Part shown: positions 1 to 9,485 of the stretch, piece after piece
Layout of the letters: each line of letters starts with the position of its first letter
Numbering within the stretch: position 1 is the first letter of the stretch
Notes under the pieces: generated by a model
Database searches by the model: none
Told to the model about the DNA's origin: nothing
The model's input: the letters and a program-made list of their open reading frames with translations, nothing else
Made by a program: the position numbers and the translations under genes
DNA from: Thermoplasmatota archaeon
Lineage (GTDB): Archaea; Thermoplasmatota; E2; JACPAO01; JAHFTW01
Direction: 5' to 3'
Length of the DNA: 64,000 bases
NCBI GenBank assembly: GCA_041601615.1
Contig: JBFIHX010000006.1
Span: forward strand, 32,001 to 96,000

Positions 1-516
1 CGCCTTCCTGCATCCGCCGCCGGTCTCGTTCGCAGCCACATCTACGCAGCCCCCGACCCCGCCTTCCCGTTTCTTGGCGTCCATTTGAGCCGCCGCGTAG
101 ACGGCACAGTCGCAGTGGGCCCCGGCGCCATGCTTGCCTTTGGCCGCGAGGCATACAAATTCTGGAACATCCAACCCAAGGAATTGGCCGGAACCCTCAC
201 CTGGCCCGGGTTCTGGAAGCTTTTCGGCAACCCCGGATTCCGCCGACTGCTGCCCCAAGAAGTGCGCAAATCCCTGTCACTCGGCGCCATCGAACGTGAG
301 GCGCGCCGACTCGTGCCGGAACTCCCCCGTGGATTACGGCCATTTCGCGCCGGCAACCGCGCACAAATGATCGACCGCGACGGCCACCTCGTCGACGACA
401 TCGTCGTGCGCGAAACCGACACCGCCGTGCACGTTCTCAACGCCGTCTCACCCGGCCTCACATGCAGTCTGCCCTTTGGAGCCCACCTTGCCCGGCGCGC
501 AGAAACCAAGCTCTAG
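1..516 (+). CDS. lhgO: L-2-hydroxyglutarate oxidase-like FAD oxidoreductase, 3' part (5' end outside window)
   Basis: Frame 1 is open from base 1. IYAAPDPAFPFLGVHLSRRVDGTVAVGP and HVLNAVSPGLTCSLPFG match LhgO-family motifs (PxPFLGVH...GP; HxxNxxSP). Confidence 0.8.
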   Translation, partial: RLPASAAGLVRSHIYAAPDPAFPFLGVHLSRRVDGTVAVGPGAMLAFGREAYKFWNIQPKELAGTLTWPGFWKLFGNPGFRRLLPQEVRKSLSLGAIEREARRLVPELPRGLRPFRAGNRAQMIDRDGHLVDDIVVRETDTAVHVLNAVSPGLTCSLPFGAHLARRAETKL

Positions 517-519
517 CCG

Positions 520-1299
520 TCAGCAAATTGATCCGTACGCACCCGCATCCGACGGCACCGGACCCACTCCGAGACTCTCGTAGGCGGCAGCAAAATCACG
601 CATCGCCTGCTCGTTGGTGCCGCTGTCGAACCACAAAACGCTGCGAAACTCATTGAATCCCCGATTGCTTGCCACGAACTCCATCGGCCCCTGCACAGCT
701 CGAATCACGGGGAACTCCAATTGCACACTCCAGTTACCAGCAACCAAATTGTACTCGGGCTCCTCGGGAACGAAACCTTCGAGCACCCCGTCCAATTGGA
801 ACCGCGCCCGACCCACTTGGTGTTCGTAGCCCGCAGAGCGTGGCGCGTTTTCGTCGTGATGCGAACCACGGCCGTCCTCGATGTAGTACGGCTCGGCAAA
901 CAGCGCCCTCACCCAGTTGGCTACCTCCTCTTGCGTGCCGTTTGTCACCAGCAACAAAGCGGCTTCCACCGCCCGAGCCACTCCATCCGGCAATGGATCC
1001 GGGACGTTCCACAAGTGGATCTCCCCTAGTCGCCCAATGTACAAGTCCTGATCTTCATCCAAGCGAAATTGAGCCGATTGGATTGTGGCGTCCCACGAAA
1101 GAATTTGCTCCTGGCTGTGCGCAAGGCCCTTCGTCGGCGGCTCCACCGTCACGTTCCAACCCACCGAATCCTGCAACAACGTGCCAAAACGAGCATCATG
1201 CCACGAAACAGCCTCCAATTGGTAGCCGCAATGGCCGAAGGCGCCAAAACAACCCGACAGCGCCATCACCAGGAAAGCAGCAGCCGCCAACAACTTCAT
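520..1299 (-). CDS. Hypothetical lipoprotein
   Basis: ATG 1299 gives MKLLAAAAFLVMALSGC, a lipobox signal peptide, followed by an acidic globular domain. Confidence 0.75.
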   Translation of the reverse strand: MKLLAAAAFLVMALSGCFGAFGHCGYQLEAVSWHDARFGTLLQDSVGWNVTVEPPTKGLAHSQEQILSWDATIQSAQFRLDEDQDLYIGRLGEIHLWNVPDPLPDGVARAVEAALLLVTNGTQEEVANWVRALFAEPYYIEDGRGSHHDENAPRSAGYEHQVGRARFQLDGVLEGFVPEEPEYNLVAGNWSVQLEFPVIRAVQGPMEFVASNRGFNEFRSVLWFDSGTNEQAMRDFAAAYESLGVGPVPSDAGAYGSIC

Positions 1300-1388
1300 G
1301 CAGTCACAACGAGCCCCCGTTGGAAGAGCTTCTGGTCCGTTTCTCAAACAATCTCAATCTTCAAGTGACGCCCCGCCTCGGCGCGTCC

Positions 1389-1658
1389 GTGGCCCTGCTT
1401 CGACCCTGCACCACCTCCGCCGGATTCATGGCGGTTCCCGAGCAGAGCCGAAAACTCCAGATGCAGGGCCTCAAAGAAGCGCTCGCCGCCGCTGGATTCG
1501 AAATTGTGCGCGATGCCCGAGTCCTCCTATTGGTGCGCAAGGACGTCGAATCGACCATCTACCACACCGGCAAGGTCCTCCTGAAGACCACGGACGCAGC
1601 CGCCGCCGAAGCATCCTATCTCGAAATGAGGCCCCTGCTGGAAGCCCACTGGAGCTAG
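1389..1658 (+). CDS. Small conserved-looking archaeal protein (alpha/beta, STIYHTGKVLLK)
   Basis: Coding-type codon bias in the 3' part of ORF 669..1658. GTG 1389 (alt ATG 1428). Fills the gap between flanking genes. Confidence 0.6.
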   Translation: MALLRPCTTSAGFMAVPEQSRKLQMQGLKEALAAAGFEIVRDARVLLLVRKDVESTIYHTGKVLLKTTDAAAAEASYLEMRPLLEAHWS

Positions 1659-2800
1659 ACGCGACGGCGACCAAGCGCCACTGCGAGTGCGCCCAATAGG
1701 CCCGCGATGCCCACGGACACGCCCGGCCCCGGAATGCTGCAACCAACACTGGTTTGCGCATCGGCCCAGTTGTCCCACACCACGACCGTTGCATCGAACG
1801 TGCTGCTGCCGCGACCCGGATGCTGAATGAACGCCCAGTCATCAGGCCCCAGCACCCCGTCGCCATCGTCCTGGAAGGTAAACCGCCAGTCGCCTACGGA
1901 CTGTACATCTCCATCCGCGAGGTCGAACGAAGCCACAGGAGCCGCACCACTTGTGCAGGAAACGCTGTTTGAGTCGTACACGCGGAACGAATACTCGTCC
2001 AAAGCCCCGCCGCTGCCGCGAGTGCCCGTCCATTCATACCCCGCCGAACTCGCAGTACCCGTACCCGTGACGGTGCCTGCAAAACGAGTCTCCGCAATCG
2101 GCGCACTAATGGAATCACGATCGCCATACTCCGGCGTCAAAGTCAGCCGGCTTTCCGGATTTTCGACCGTGAAGCTCTGGATGTCGTGACCTTTCATGTG
2201 CACCGTGATGTCCGAAGCGCCCGCCGAACCATGGCTGCGGTACACCGCGTCAAACGTCTTCTTGCCGGTCTTCTCCACGCGCACCAATTCCAAGCCCTCC
2301 GGGTCAAAGTGGCCCGTCAAAAGAGCAGGGTCGGCAAAATCCAAGTCGCCAAGCCCCAACAGCAACGGCTCCGCATCGCGACCCGTGCAAGCACCCGCAG
2401 GATTGCGTGCCTCGAAGTTCTCGTCGCGCTCGCCGTAGTCTTCGAAGCCGTCCGTCACCACGACGATGCGCGTGGGGTCGCAAAAGACGCTGTACTGGAC
2501 GCGCGCGACCTTGCCATCCACGCGCACATCGGAATCGGTCCCAAAGGACACCGTGGCTGTCGCCTGCACGCTGACCGGAAACGGCCCCGCCGGAGTGGGA
2601 GCCTCGATGGTAACACTTCCCACCATCTCAAACGCCTTGATGCGCCCATTCAGCCCAATGTTGTCCTCCATGGCGATCAAAGCCGCACCGGCGCGTTGCT
2701 CCATCTCGTCCTCGGTAAGCTTGTCCTTGCCAAAGCACCCCGAAAGAAGCAAGAGCAGTACCGCCAAGACGGCCAGAGTTGAGCCACGCATGCGCCTCAT
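1655..2800 (-). CDS. Lipoprotein with C-terminal PGP-TM-RRR sorting-like tail; paralog of the two upstream genes
   Basis: Lipobox LLLSGC and C-terminus IPGPGVSVGIAGLLGALAVALGRRRV. Alternative start ATG 2791. Confidence 0.8.
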   Translation of the reverse strand: MRRMRGSTLAVLAVLLLLLSGCFGKDKLTEDEMEQRAGAALIAMEDNIGLNGRIKAFEMVGSVTIEAPTPAGPFPVSVQATATVSFGTDSDVRVDGKVARVQYSVFCDPTRIVVVTDGFEDYGERDENFEARNPAGACTGRDAEPLLLGLGDLDFADPALLTGHFDPEGLELVRVEKTGKKTFDAVYRSHGSAGASDITVHMKGHDIQSFTVENPESRLTLTPEYGDRDSISAPIAETRFAGTVTGTGTASSAGYEWTGTRGSGGALDEYSFRVYDSNSVSCTSGAAPVASFDLADGDVQSVGDWRFTFQDDGDGVLGPDDWAFIQHPGRGSSTFDATVVVWDNWADAQTSVGCSIPGPGVSVGIAGLLGALAVALGRRRV

Positions 2801-2845
2801 GCCTACCGAGGATGGTTAAAAGTTCTCGTTGGGCCGTTGTATTGA

Positions 2846-4072
2846 CTAGGTTCGACGGCGCACGAACAGAGCCGCGCCGAGTCCCACGAGCAGCCATGCA
2901 AGGCCGGGGCCAGGGATGCGCGGATCATCTTGCACGTCCCGGTCTGCCCACAAGTCCCACACCACCAATTCGTATTCATCGGACGGGGCGCGAATCAGCA
3001 GCACATCGCCTGCTCCGAACTGTCCATTGCCGTCTTCGCGCAGAATGAACGAGAATTCTTCGAAGGTCTGGGTTCCACCATCCATGGCAAACACCGCCGC
3101 CGGCTGATCCTCCGGATCGAAGCCTGAGTGGTACACACGGACTTCAAAGTCGGACAAGGGCGCGTCGTTGCCGGCCTCGGCCTCGTACTCGCATTCTCCG
3201 TCGAAGAACCAGCAGAAGCCATCCACGCTGCTCGGAGCGCGGCCCGTGGCCGTGGGGGGCGTCAAGGTCTTGGGGCTGCCATAATCGAAGTGCATGGTGC
3301 CCGCTCCCTGAGGCGATTCGATGGTCATGGACTGCACCCGACCTTTGTCATCGATCAATGCGGTGTACGTTCCATCTTCGTCAGAGAACGTAGCCGTGAC
3401 CGTGCCGTTCGCGTTCGGCGTGACCGTCAAATTGTTCGAATCTTCCGTGAACTCTTCACCAAGGAAGCCGGGCCCTTCAGATTCATCGCTCAAAGCGCCT
3501 CCCGTGCACATGGAACGGTCCTCGGTTGGACGGGACTCGTACACTTCGTTGCCATACACCACCACATCGAAAGCGCCTCCACAGAACGTCTCTGAGCGCA
3601 GCCCAATGGAGTAGCCACCCGAAGATTGCAGATCCATGAGGAAACGAGTGGCGCCATTCTTGCCCCACTCCATTTCAAAATCCAAGGTGCCGGAGCCCAT
3701 GAAATCCTCGTCCTCGAATCCAAACGAACCGCGGATAAGTCGCAAATCGCCACCGTCTTCCGCGTCCATGTTGGACCCAAGCGTCGCAAGCGCCTGGCCC
3801 GCGACCGTCTCAGCTTCGCTCTGACTCAACGCCTGCGGCGTGCCTTCGCCATCGCCGCCGTTGCCAAGGACCATAAACGTACCGAATCCAGCGGCCACAA
3901 TCACGGCGATCACCACAGCAATGATCGCAATCATGGCGCCCCTGGTATCGTCGGGAGCGGCTCCCGCGGCACCCGTAACTGGGGCACCGAAACCGCATTG
4001 GGGACACGAGGGCCTTGCTCCCTCCGGAACCACTACGCGAGCACTACATTGAGGGCATTGTAAGACCTTCAC
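2846..4072 (-). CDS. Zinc-ribbon + TM + extracellular domain protein with PGP-TM-RRR tail
   Basis: CPQC-x14-CPQC, then a hydrophobic helix and an acidic domain similar to 1655..2800. Ends IPGPGLAWLLVGLGAALFVRRRT. GTG 4072. Confidence 0.8.
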   Translation of the reverse strand: MKVLQCPQCSARVVVPEGARPSCPQCGFGAPVTGAAGAAPDDTRGAMIAIIAVVIAVIVAAGFGTFMVLGNGGDGEGTPQALSQSEAETVAGQALATLGSNMDAEDGGDLRLIRGSFGFEDEDFMGSGTLDFEMEWGKNGATRFLMDLQSSGGYSIGLRSETFCGGAFDVVVYGNEVYESRPTEDRSMCTGGALSDESEGPGFLGEEFTEDSNNLTVTPNANGTVTATFSDEDGTYTALIDDKGRVQSMTIESPQGAGTMHFDYGSPKTLTPPTATGRAPSSVDGFCWFFDGECEYEAEAGNDAPLSDFEVRVYHSGFDPEDQPAAVFAMDGGTQTFEEFSFILREDGNGQFGAGDVLLIRAPSDEYELVVWDLWADRDVQDDPRIPGPGLAWLLVGLGAALFVRRRT

Positions 4073-4115
4073 GGAGCGCAATCAAACAATCCCTGCAAGA
4101 CTGTGTCGGTTCCTA

Positions 4116-4838
4116 TCATGAAGCGTTAGGACTGGCAGTTCGGGACCCAAAAGCATGCGCCAAAGCACTGTCCATGGTCACGCCATCCGCCTCCGCATGA
4201 ATGGCCAAGGAACGCACTCGATCACGTTTGACCTCGGCCGTCAGGCGCACGGCCGCCCCGGCGGCATCGTACGCATAGACGTTGCTTCGAGTGTCGCCCT
4301 TCTCGCGCCCGGAAACGAACGACACATCCGGCACCACCGTCAGCGCCAGCATCGCTTCGATGCCATCCAAAGGAAAATCACGCCCCGCCAACTGCTGAAA
4401 CGCCGCCGCCACCTTGTTGTGATCATTGGAATCTAGGCAATCAGCCTCGTGTCCGGCGCGAGCGTCTATGTTCTTGCGACCAAACGCCTCCAAGCCATTC
4501 GCGACAAACGCCACCGTACCAGGAACGCACACAAACTGCACCGAGAGCCCCGCGTACTCGTCGCTCTGGTCCTCGCCACCAAAATGCGCCTCCACCACCT
4601 CCATCTGCAAGCGCCAGCCGTCCTCAAACCACTCCATGCGCGTGGACAACGTCAACAACAAATCAAAATCGGAAACCTGCAACAGCGTGCGACCCTTCTG
4701 TTGGACCAAGTCACCCCCGGGCCCCGCATCTTCCTGAAACCCCGCCCAATCAGCCAAGCCCTGCGCTTCATGCACAGACGCCGACGAAGAGCAACCCGAC
4801 AACAGGAGCAAGGCGACAAGAAACCAGGCAGAACGCAT
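4116..4838 (-). CDS. Lipoprotein, short paralog of 1655..2800 (N-terminal domain only)
   Basis: MRSAWFLVALLLLSGC lipobox. FVCVPGTVAFVANGLEAFG..ARAG...C aligns with FCDPTRIVVVTDGFEDYG..EARNP..C. Confidence 0.7.
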   Translation of the reverse strand: MRSAWFLVALLLLSGCSSSASVHEAQGLADWAGFQEDAGPGGDLVQQKGRTLLQVSDFDLLLTLSTRMEWFEDGWRLQMEVVEAHFGGEDQSDEYAGLSVQFVCVPGTVAFVANGLEAFGRKNIDARAGHEADCLDSNDHNKVAAAFQQLAGRDFPLDGIEAMLALTVVPDVSFVSGREKGDTRSNVYAYDAAGAAVRLTAEVKRDRVRSLAIHAEADGVTMDSALAHAFGSRTASPNAS

Positions 4839-4943
4839 CAAGACCCACCGAATCTACCGGTATTTGGCCCCTCTGGATGAGCCGTTTGCCAAGCCCGGAC
4901 CGCAAGGGGCGGTTTATGATGGGCGACCCTCTCGCAGCGAATC

Positions 4944-6251
4944 GTGGCCCGCCCCCTGTGGTTTGACGCCGGCACCGATCCCGAAGCCGTCGCCGACCAC
5001 CTTGAACAACTCGCCGAGACCGCAACCCGCCTCGTCTTCGAGCCCCGCGCCCTTCCAGCCGGCACCAGCCGCGCACTCTTGCGCCGCGCCGCCGTCCTTC
5101 GCGCCGGGCGCCTCGTGCACGCAAGCCACGGCGAAAAAGACCGCGTCTTGACCCAGGAAGTACGCGCCATCGACGACCTGGTGCGCGCCAGCAACCTCCT
5201 CATCGAGCGCCTGCGCGAATGGTACGCCCTGCACGCTCCAGAAGCCACCCGTGCCGCCGGGGACGCCAAGAACCTTGCTCGCCTCGTGGCAGAAACCGGC
5301 GACCGCGAAGCCGTCTCGGAACTTCTCGGCCTCACCGCCATGGGCCTCGGTACCGACCTTGACCCCGCCGACATGGCCGTCATGCAAGGATTCGCGGCCG
5401 CCCTGCAAGCCCTCCACGAAAACTGGGGTGCTCTGGAACGCCGCATCGACGTGCTCATGTGCGAAGTGGCCCCCAACCTCTCCAGCGTCGTCGGCCCCGT
5501 CCTCGGCGCCCGACTTATTGCCCAAGCAGGCAGCCTCGAACGCCTCGCCATCCTCCCCGCCGGCACCGTACAAACCCTCGGCGCCGAAACTGCCCTGTTC
5601 CGGCATATCAAGGAAGGCACGAAGCCACCCAAACACGGCATTCTGTTCCAGCACCCGCATGTGCACAGCGCGCACGCCTGGCAACGCGGCGCCATCGCCC
5701 GCGCCCTCTCGCTGCACGCAAGCCTAGGTGCCAAGGCCGACTCCTTCACCCAAAACGACCTCAAAGCCCACCTCAAAACCGAGCTGGACAAGGACCTCGA
5801 ACGGATCCGACGCGACAAAGCCAAAGCCCCCAAGCGCCGCGAAATCGCACGTGGATTCGGTGGCCCCGCACGCAAACCCTACGGCGGTCGTCCCTCCAGT
5901 GGCGGCGGTGGCGGTGGCGGATACGGTGGCCGATCTTCGGGCGGCGGAGGCAGTGGCGGAGGATTTGGCGACCGACGCGGCGGCTCCGGCGGAAAACCAT
6001 CCGGCGGTGGAGGCGGAGGAGGATTTGGCGACCGACGCGGTGGATCCGGCGGCGGCAGTGGCAGTGGAGGCGGCGGAGGCTTTGGCGACCGACGCACCGG
6101 AGGCCCCAGCAAACCCTACGGCAAGCCAGGCGGCAAACCCGGCGGCGGCTACAGCAAACCCCCGCAACGAGATGACAAGCGCAAGAAAGGCCCCGGTGCC
6201 TTCCGAGGCGACGGTGGAGCCGCCAAACCCCCCGGAGGTGGAAAGAAATGA
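4944..6251 (+). CDS. nop5: Box C/D RNP protein Nop5 (Nop56/58 family) with Gly/Arg-rich C-terminal tail
   Basis: NLLIERLREWY, APNLSSVVGPVLGARLI, LPAGTVQTLGAETALFRH, PPKHGILFQHP and WQRGAIAR are Nop-domain motifs. Stop overlaps the fibrillarin ATG (ATGA). Confidence 0.95.
   Translation: MARPLWFDAGTDPEAVADHLEQLAETATRLVFEPRALPAGTSRALLRRAAVLRAGRLVHASHGEKDRVLTQEVRAIDDLVRASNLLIERLREWYALHAPEATRAAGDAKNLARLVAETGDREAVSELLGLTAMGLGTDLDPADMAVMQGFAAALQALHENWGALERRIDVLMCEVAPNLSSVVGPVLGARLIAQAGSLERLAILPAGTVQTLGAETALFRHIKEGTKPPKHGILFQHPHVHSAHAWQRGAIARALSLHASLGAKADSFTQNDLKAHLKTELDKDLERIRRDKAKAPKRREIARGFGGPARKPYGGRPSSGGGGGGGYGGRSSGGGGSGGGFGDRRGGSGGKPSGGGGGGGFGDRRGGSGGGSGSGGGGGFGDRRTGGPSKPYGKPGGKPGGGYSKPPQRDDKRKKGPGAFRGDGGAAKPPGGGKK
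5958..6100 (+). repeat. Three GGFGDRR(G/T)G coding repeats (period 60/57 bp) in the Nop5 tail
   Basis: ggaggatttggcgaccgacgc at 5958 and 6018; ggaggctttggcgaccgacgc at 6075. Confidence 0.85.
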
Positions 6252-6907
6252 ACCCCCTCAAACAAAACGGCGTCTTTGACGACAAAGGCTTCCTCTGGAC
6301 AAAGAACTCCGTACCCGGCCAGAAAGTGTACGGCGAACGCCTGCGCGCCTACCGAGGCGGCGAATACCGCGACTGGAACCCCCACCGCTCCAAAATGGCC
6401 GCCCTGCTGCGGCTCCTGCCCGACACACCATGGATGGACCCCGGCAAAGACATGCTGTATCTTGGCGCAAGCTCCGGCACCACCGTCAGCCACATGGCCG
6501 ACGTCCTGCGCCCCGAAGCCCTACTCTACGCCGTGGAATTCAGCCCCCGCAGTGTCCGCGACCTCCTCTGGAACGTAGAAAGCCGCCAAAACGTCGTGCC
6601 GATCCTCGACGACGCCGGCAAACCCGAACGCTACTCCGCCTACATCGACCGGCCCGTCGGCGCACTCGTCCAAGACGTCGCCCAACGCCACCAAGTAGAC
6701 ATCTTCCTTCGCAACCTGCCCTTCTTGGCCAAGGACGGCGTCGGATACCTCTTCGTCAAGGCGCGCAGCATCGACGTAGCCAAACCGGTGCGAGACATCT
6801 TCGAGGACGTAGAACGGACCCTCAAAGCCAACGGTGTGCGCGTCGTCGGCAGCGTCGACATGGATCCCTTCCACAAAGAACACCGCGCCTTGGTGGTTCG
6901 ACCGTGA
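6248..6907 (+). CDS. flpA: Fibrillarin-like rRNA/tRNA 2'-O-methyltransferase
   Basis: VYGERL, YRDWNPHRSKMAA, LYLGASSGTTVSH, YAVEFSPR, VKARSIDV and PFHKEH motifs. Coupled to nop5. Confidence 0.95.
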   Translation: MNPLKQNGVFDDKGFLWTKNSVPGQKVYGERLRAYRGGEYRDWNPHRSKMAALLRLLPDTPWMDPGKDMLYLGASSGTTVSHMADVLRPEALLYAVEFSPRSVRDLLWNVESRQNVVPILDDAGKPERYSAYIDRPVGALVQDVAQRHQVDIFLRNLPFLAKDGVGYLFVKARSIDVAKPVRDIFEDVERTLKANGVRVVGSVDMDPFHKEHRALVVRP

Positions 6908-7875
6908 GCCCCAACGGTAGCAGCGGCCAGCGCGTCGTCGTCACGGGCGGGGCCGGCTTCATCGGCAGCCACCTTGTAGACGCCCTCGTTGCACGCGGCG
7001 ACCAAGTCACCGTCATCGATGACCTATCCGCTGGCAGCACCCAATTTTTGGCCGACGCCCGCGACAAAATCGACATCGTGGTCGCAGACGCCAGCGTGCC
7101 CAGTGTGCTTGACGACCTTCTGCCCGGCGCCGACGCCGTCTGGCACCTTGCCGCCAACCCCGAAGTGCGCACTGGAGCCACCGAACCCGGCGCCCACTTC
7201 GACCGCAACGTGCGCATGACCTGGGAAGTGCTCGAAGCCGTGCGCCGACACAACGTGCCGCGCCTGCACTTTACCAGCACCAGCACCGTCTACGGCACCG
7301 CCACCGTCATGCCGACGCCCGAACACTACGGCCCGCTCCTGCCCATCAGTGTCTACGGCGGCTGCAAACTCGCCTGCGAGGGCCTCGTATCAGCCCACGC
7401 CGCCACCTTCGGCTTCGATGCACTTCTGTATCGATTTGCCAACGTGGTCGGCCCCCGCTCCAACCACGGCGTCACCTACGACTTCGTCCAAAAACTCAAG
7501 GCCACCCCCGAGCGCCTGGAAATCCTCGGCGACGGCACCCAAAGCAAATCCTACGTCCACGTCTCCGACACCATCGCAGGAATGCTCGCCGCCGACGCCA
7601 CACACCAAAGCGGTGTGGACGCCTACAACATCGGCAGCCTCGACAGCATCCCCGTCACTGCCGTCGCAGACCAAGTCGCCGCAGCCCTCGGACTTGCCCC
7701 CGAGTACGTCTTCAAAGGCGGCACAAGCGGCGGCGCCGGTTGGAAAGGCGACGTCAAACACATGGGACTCAGCGTGGACAAACTACGAGCCCTCGGCTGG
7801 GAACCCAAACTCGACAGCGCCCGCGCCATCCACGACACCGCCGCCTGGCTTGCAGAGCACGCCCCACACACCTAA
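6904..7875 (+). CDS. NAD-dependent epimerase/dehydratase (UDP-glucose 4-epimerase-like extended SDR)
   Basis: VVVTGGAGFIGSHL, HLAANPEV, TSTSTVYG and YGGCK (YxxxK). GTG 6904 overlaps the upstream stop. Confidence 0.9.
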   Translation: MSPNGSSGQRVVVTGGAGFIGSHLVDALVARGDQVTVIDDLSAGSTQFLADARDKIDIVVADASVPSVLDDLLPGADAVWHLAANPEVRTGATEPGAHFDRNVRMTWEVLEAVRRHNVPRLHFTSTSTVYGTATVMPTPEHYGPLLPISVYGGCKLACEGLVSAHAATFGFDALLYRFANVVGPRSNHGVTYDFVQKLKATPERLEILGDGTQSKSYVHVSDTIAGMLAADATHQSGVDAYNIGSLDSIPVTAVADQVAAALGLAPEYVFKGGTSGGAGWKGDVKHMGLSVDKLRALGWEPKLDSARAIHDTAAWLAEHAPHT

Positions 7876-7928
7876 CCATTGCAGAACACGTCGACAAGGT
7901 TTAGGACCCCGCACGAAGCTCGACGAAC

Positions 7929-9431
7929 GTGGCCAAAGGGCACATGGCATGGATTGTGCTCCTCATCGCCGCCGCCGTGACGGCCGCCGGCCAAAGCCCC
8001 GCACCCGAATTCTTACCCGAACGAAGCAGCGAATGCTACGACTGCCACGCCAGCGACGCCGTGCCCCTACGCACGTTCTACCTCGTCGTCCCCGAACCAA
8101 GCGACTCCACAAACGGCCCATTCGAATTCCAAGTGCAAATCCAAAACGCTTGGCTGCACGACCAACGCTACCTCGGCCCCGTCCTGGACCTCTCCAACGC
8201 CCCCAGCCTGAAATTCTTCGACGGCCGCGAACCCGTCACCAGCCGCGCCGACGGACGCATCGACTTGACCCCGCGCCCACCTGGACCGCCGCAACTACCC
8301 AGCATCCTGCCGGACCTCGAACCAACCCAGGGCCCCTACAGCGGCAACGTCACCCTCCAAGTTCCCTCCGGAGCCACCCGTGCCGCCGTGCAGATGACCC
8401 AAACCAACAACGTAGGCAACCCCACCATCACCTGGAGCTTGTTTACCGGCCGCAACAGCGCCGAAGGCGAACCCGACCGCGTCACCACAAGCCAGGGCGA
8501 AACCGCCGAATTCTTGCTGGCAACCCCCGACGACTTTGCCGGCATCTCCTACGGCAACTGGACCATCCAAGCCCAAGTACAACTGGACACCGACATCAAC
8601 CCCGCCGCAGGAGAACTCACCTTCCGCGTGGACCTCGAAGCCGACTTTGCCAGCGGTGATAGCCGGACCGCACGACTCGGCCGCCAACTTCAGCTCGGAC
8701 CCGGACAAAGCACCCTCTTTACTTGGACCCTGCAACCGGTAGCCACCGCAGGACCCGGAGAAAACGCCCGCCTCGACGTGGAAGGCGCCGCGTATTACGC
8801 ACATGAAACCGCCCAAGGACCCGACAGCGACTGGGCCTACACCACCAAAGGACTGGAACTTGCCGTCGAACCCACCGCAAGCGGCGGCGTACGCATCGGC
8901 CCCGACGCCGACTCCATCCTCGTCGTCGTCCCCAGCAGCTCCCAAGGCATCTCCCTCCCTCCCCTGCTCGAGGCAATTGGCTACCTCAGCACCTTCCTCA
9001 TCGTCGCGAGCATCTACAGTGGCGGCATCTTCGGCCGCCCCAGCCGCCGACACCTCAATCACCTCTTTGGTACCGCCCGTCGTCGCGTCGCCTTCCACAA
9101 CGTCCTCAGCTACGCCCTCACCCTCGCAGCACTCGTCCATACCGTCCTATTCATCTACGACGGCCTCACAGGCGGCCTCTTCCACTGGACCCTAGGCCTC
9201 ATCTGGGGCGGCGTGGCAATTCTTGCCATGTTCGCACTCGGCGTCACCGGGGCCCTCCAAGTGCACATCATTCGACGCTGGAACTACGCCACCTGGCGCT
9301 GGACACACCTCGGACTCGCCATCATCACCATGGTGTTCACCGTCCTGCACTTGCTGCTCGACGGCGTCCACTTTGCCGCCGTGCAAGAATGGCTCGGATA
9401 CAGCAACCCACTCGACCCACGCACCCAGTGA
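7929..9431 (+). CDS. Membrane protein with extracellular CxxCH domain and C-terminal ferric-reductase-like (di-heme b) TM domain
   Basis: Signal peptide, CYDCH at 8034-8048, four C-terminal TM helices with two H-x13-H pairs (HNVLSYALTLAALVH; HLGLAIITMVFTVLH). Alt start ATG 7944. Confidence 0.7.
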   Translation: MAKGHMAWIVLLIAAAVTAAGQSPAPEFLPERSSECYDCHASDAVPLRTFYLVVPEPSDSTNGPFEFQVQIQNAWLHDQRYLGPVLDLSNAPSLKFFDGREPVTSRADGRIDLTPRPPGPPQLPSILPDLEPTQGPYSGNVTLQVPSGATRAAVQMTQTNNVGNPTITWSLFTGRNSAEGEPDRVTTSQGETAEFLLATPDDFAGISYGNWTIQAQVQLDTDINPAAGELTFRVDLEADFASGDSRTARLGRQLQLGPGQSTLFTWTLQPVATAGPGENARLDVEGAAYYAHETAQGPDSDWAYTTKGLELAVEPTASGGVRIGPDADSILVVVPSSSQGISLPPLLEAIGYLSTFLIVASIYSGGIFGRPSRRHLNHLFGTARRRVAFHNVLSYALTLAALVHTVLFIYDGLTGGLFHWTLGLIWGGVAILAMFALGVTGALQVHIIRRWNYATWRWTHLGLAIITMVFTVLHLLLDGVHFAAVQEWLGYSNPLDPRTQ

Positions 9432-9485
9432 AACGAGCCAACTTGCTGCGACAATCGTTATCTCAATGCCCCGAGTCGTAGTCGC

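Noticed and set aside
6240-6260. Programmed frameshift fusing the Nop5 GAR-like tail to fibrillarin
   Set aside because: The ATGA overlap is ordinary translational coupling, seen repeatedly in this window, and there is no clear slippery heptamer or stimulatory structure.
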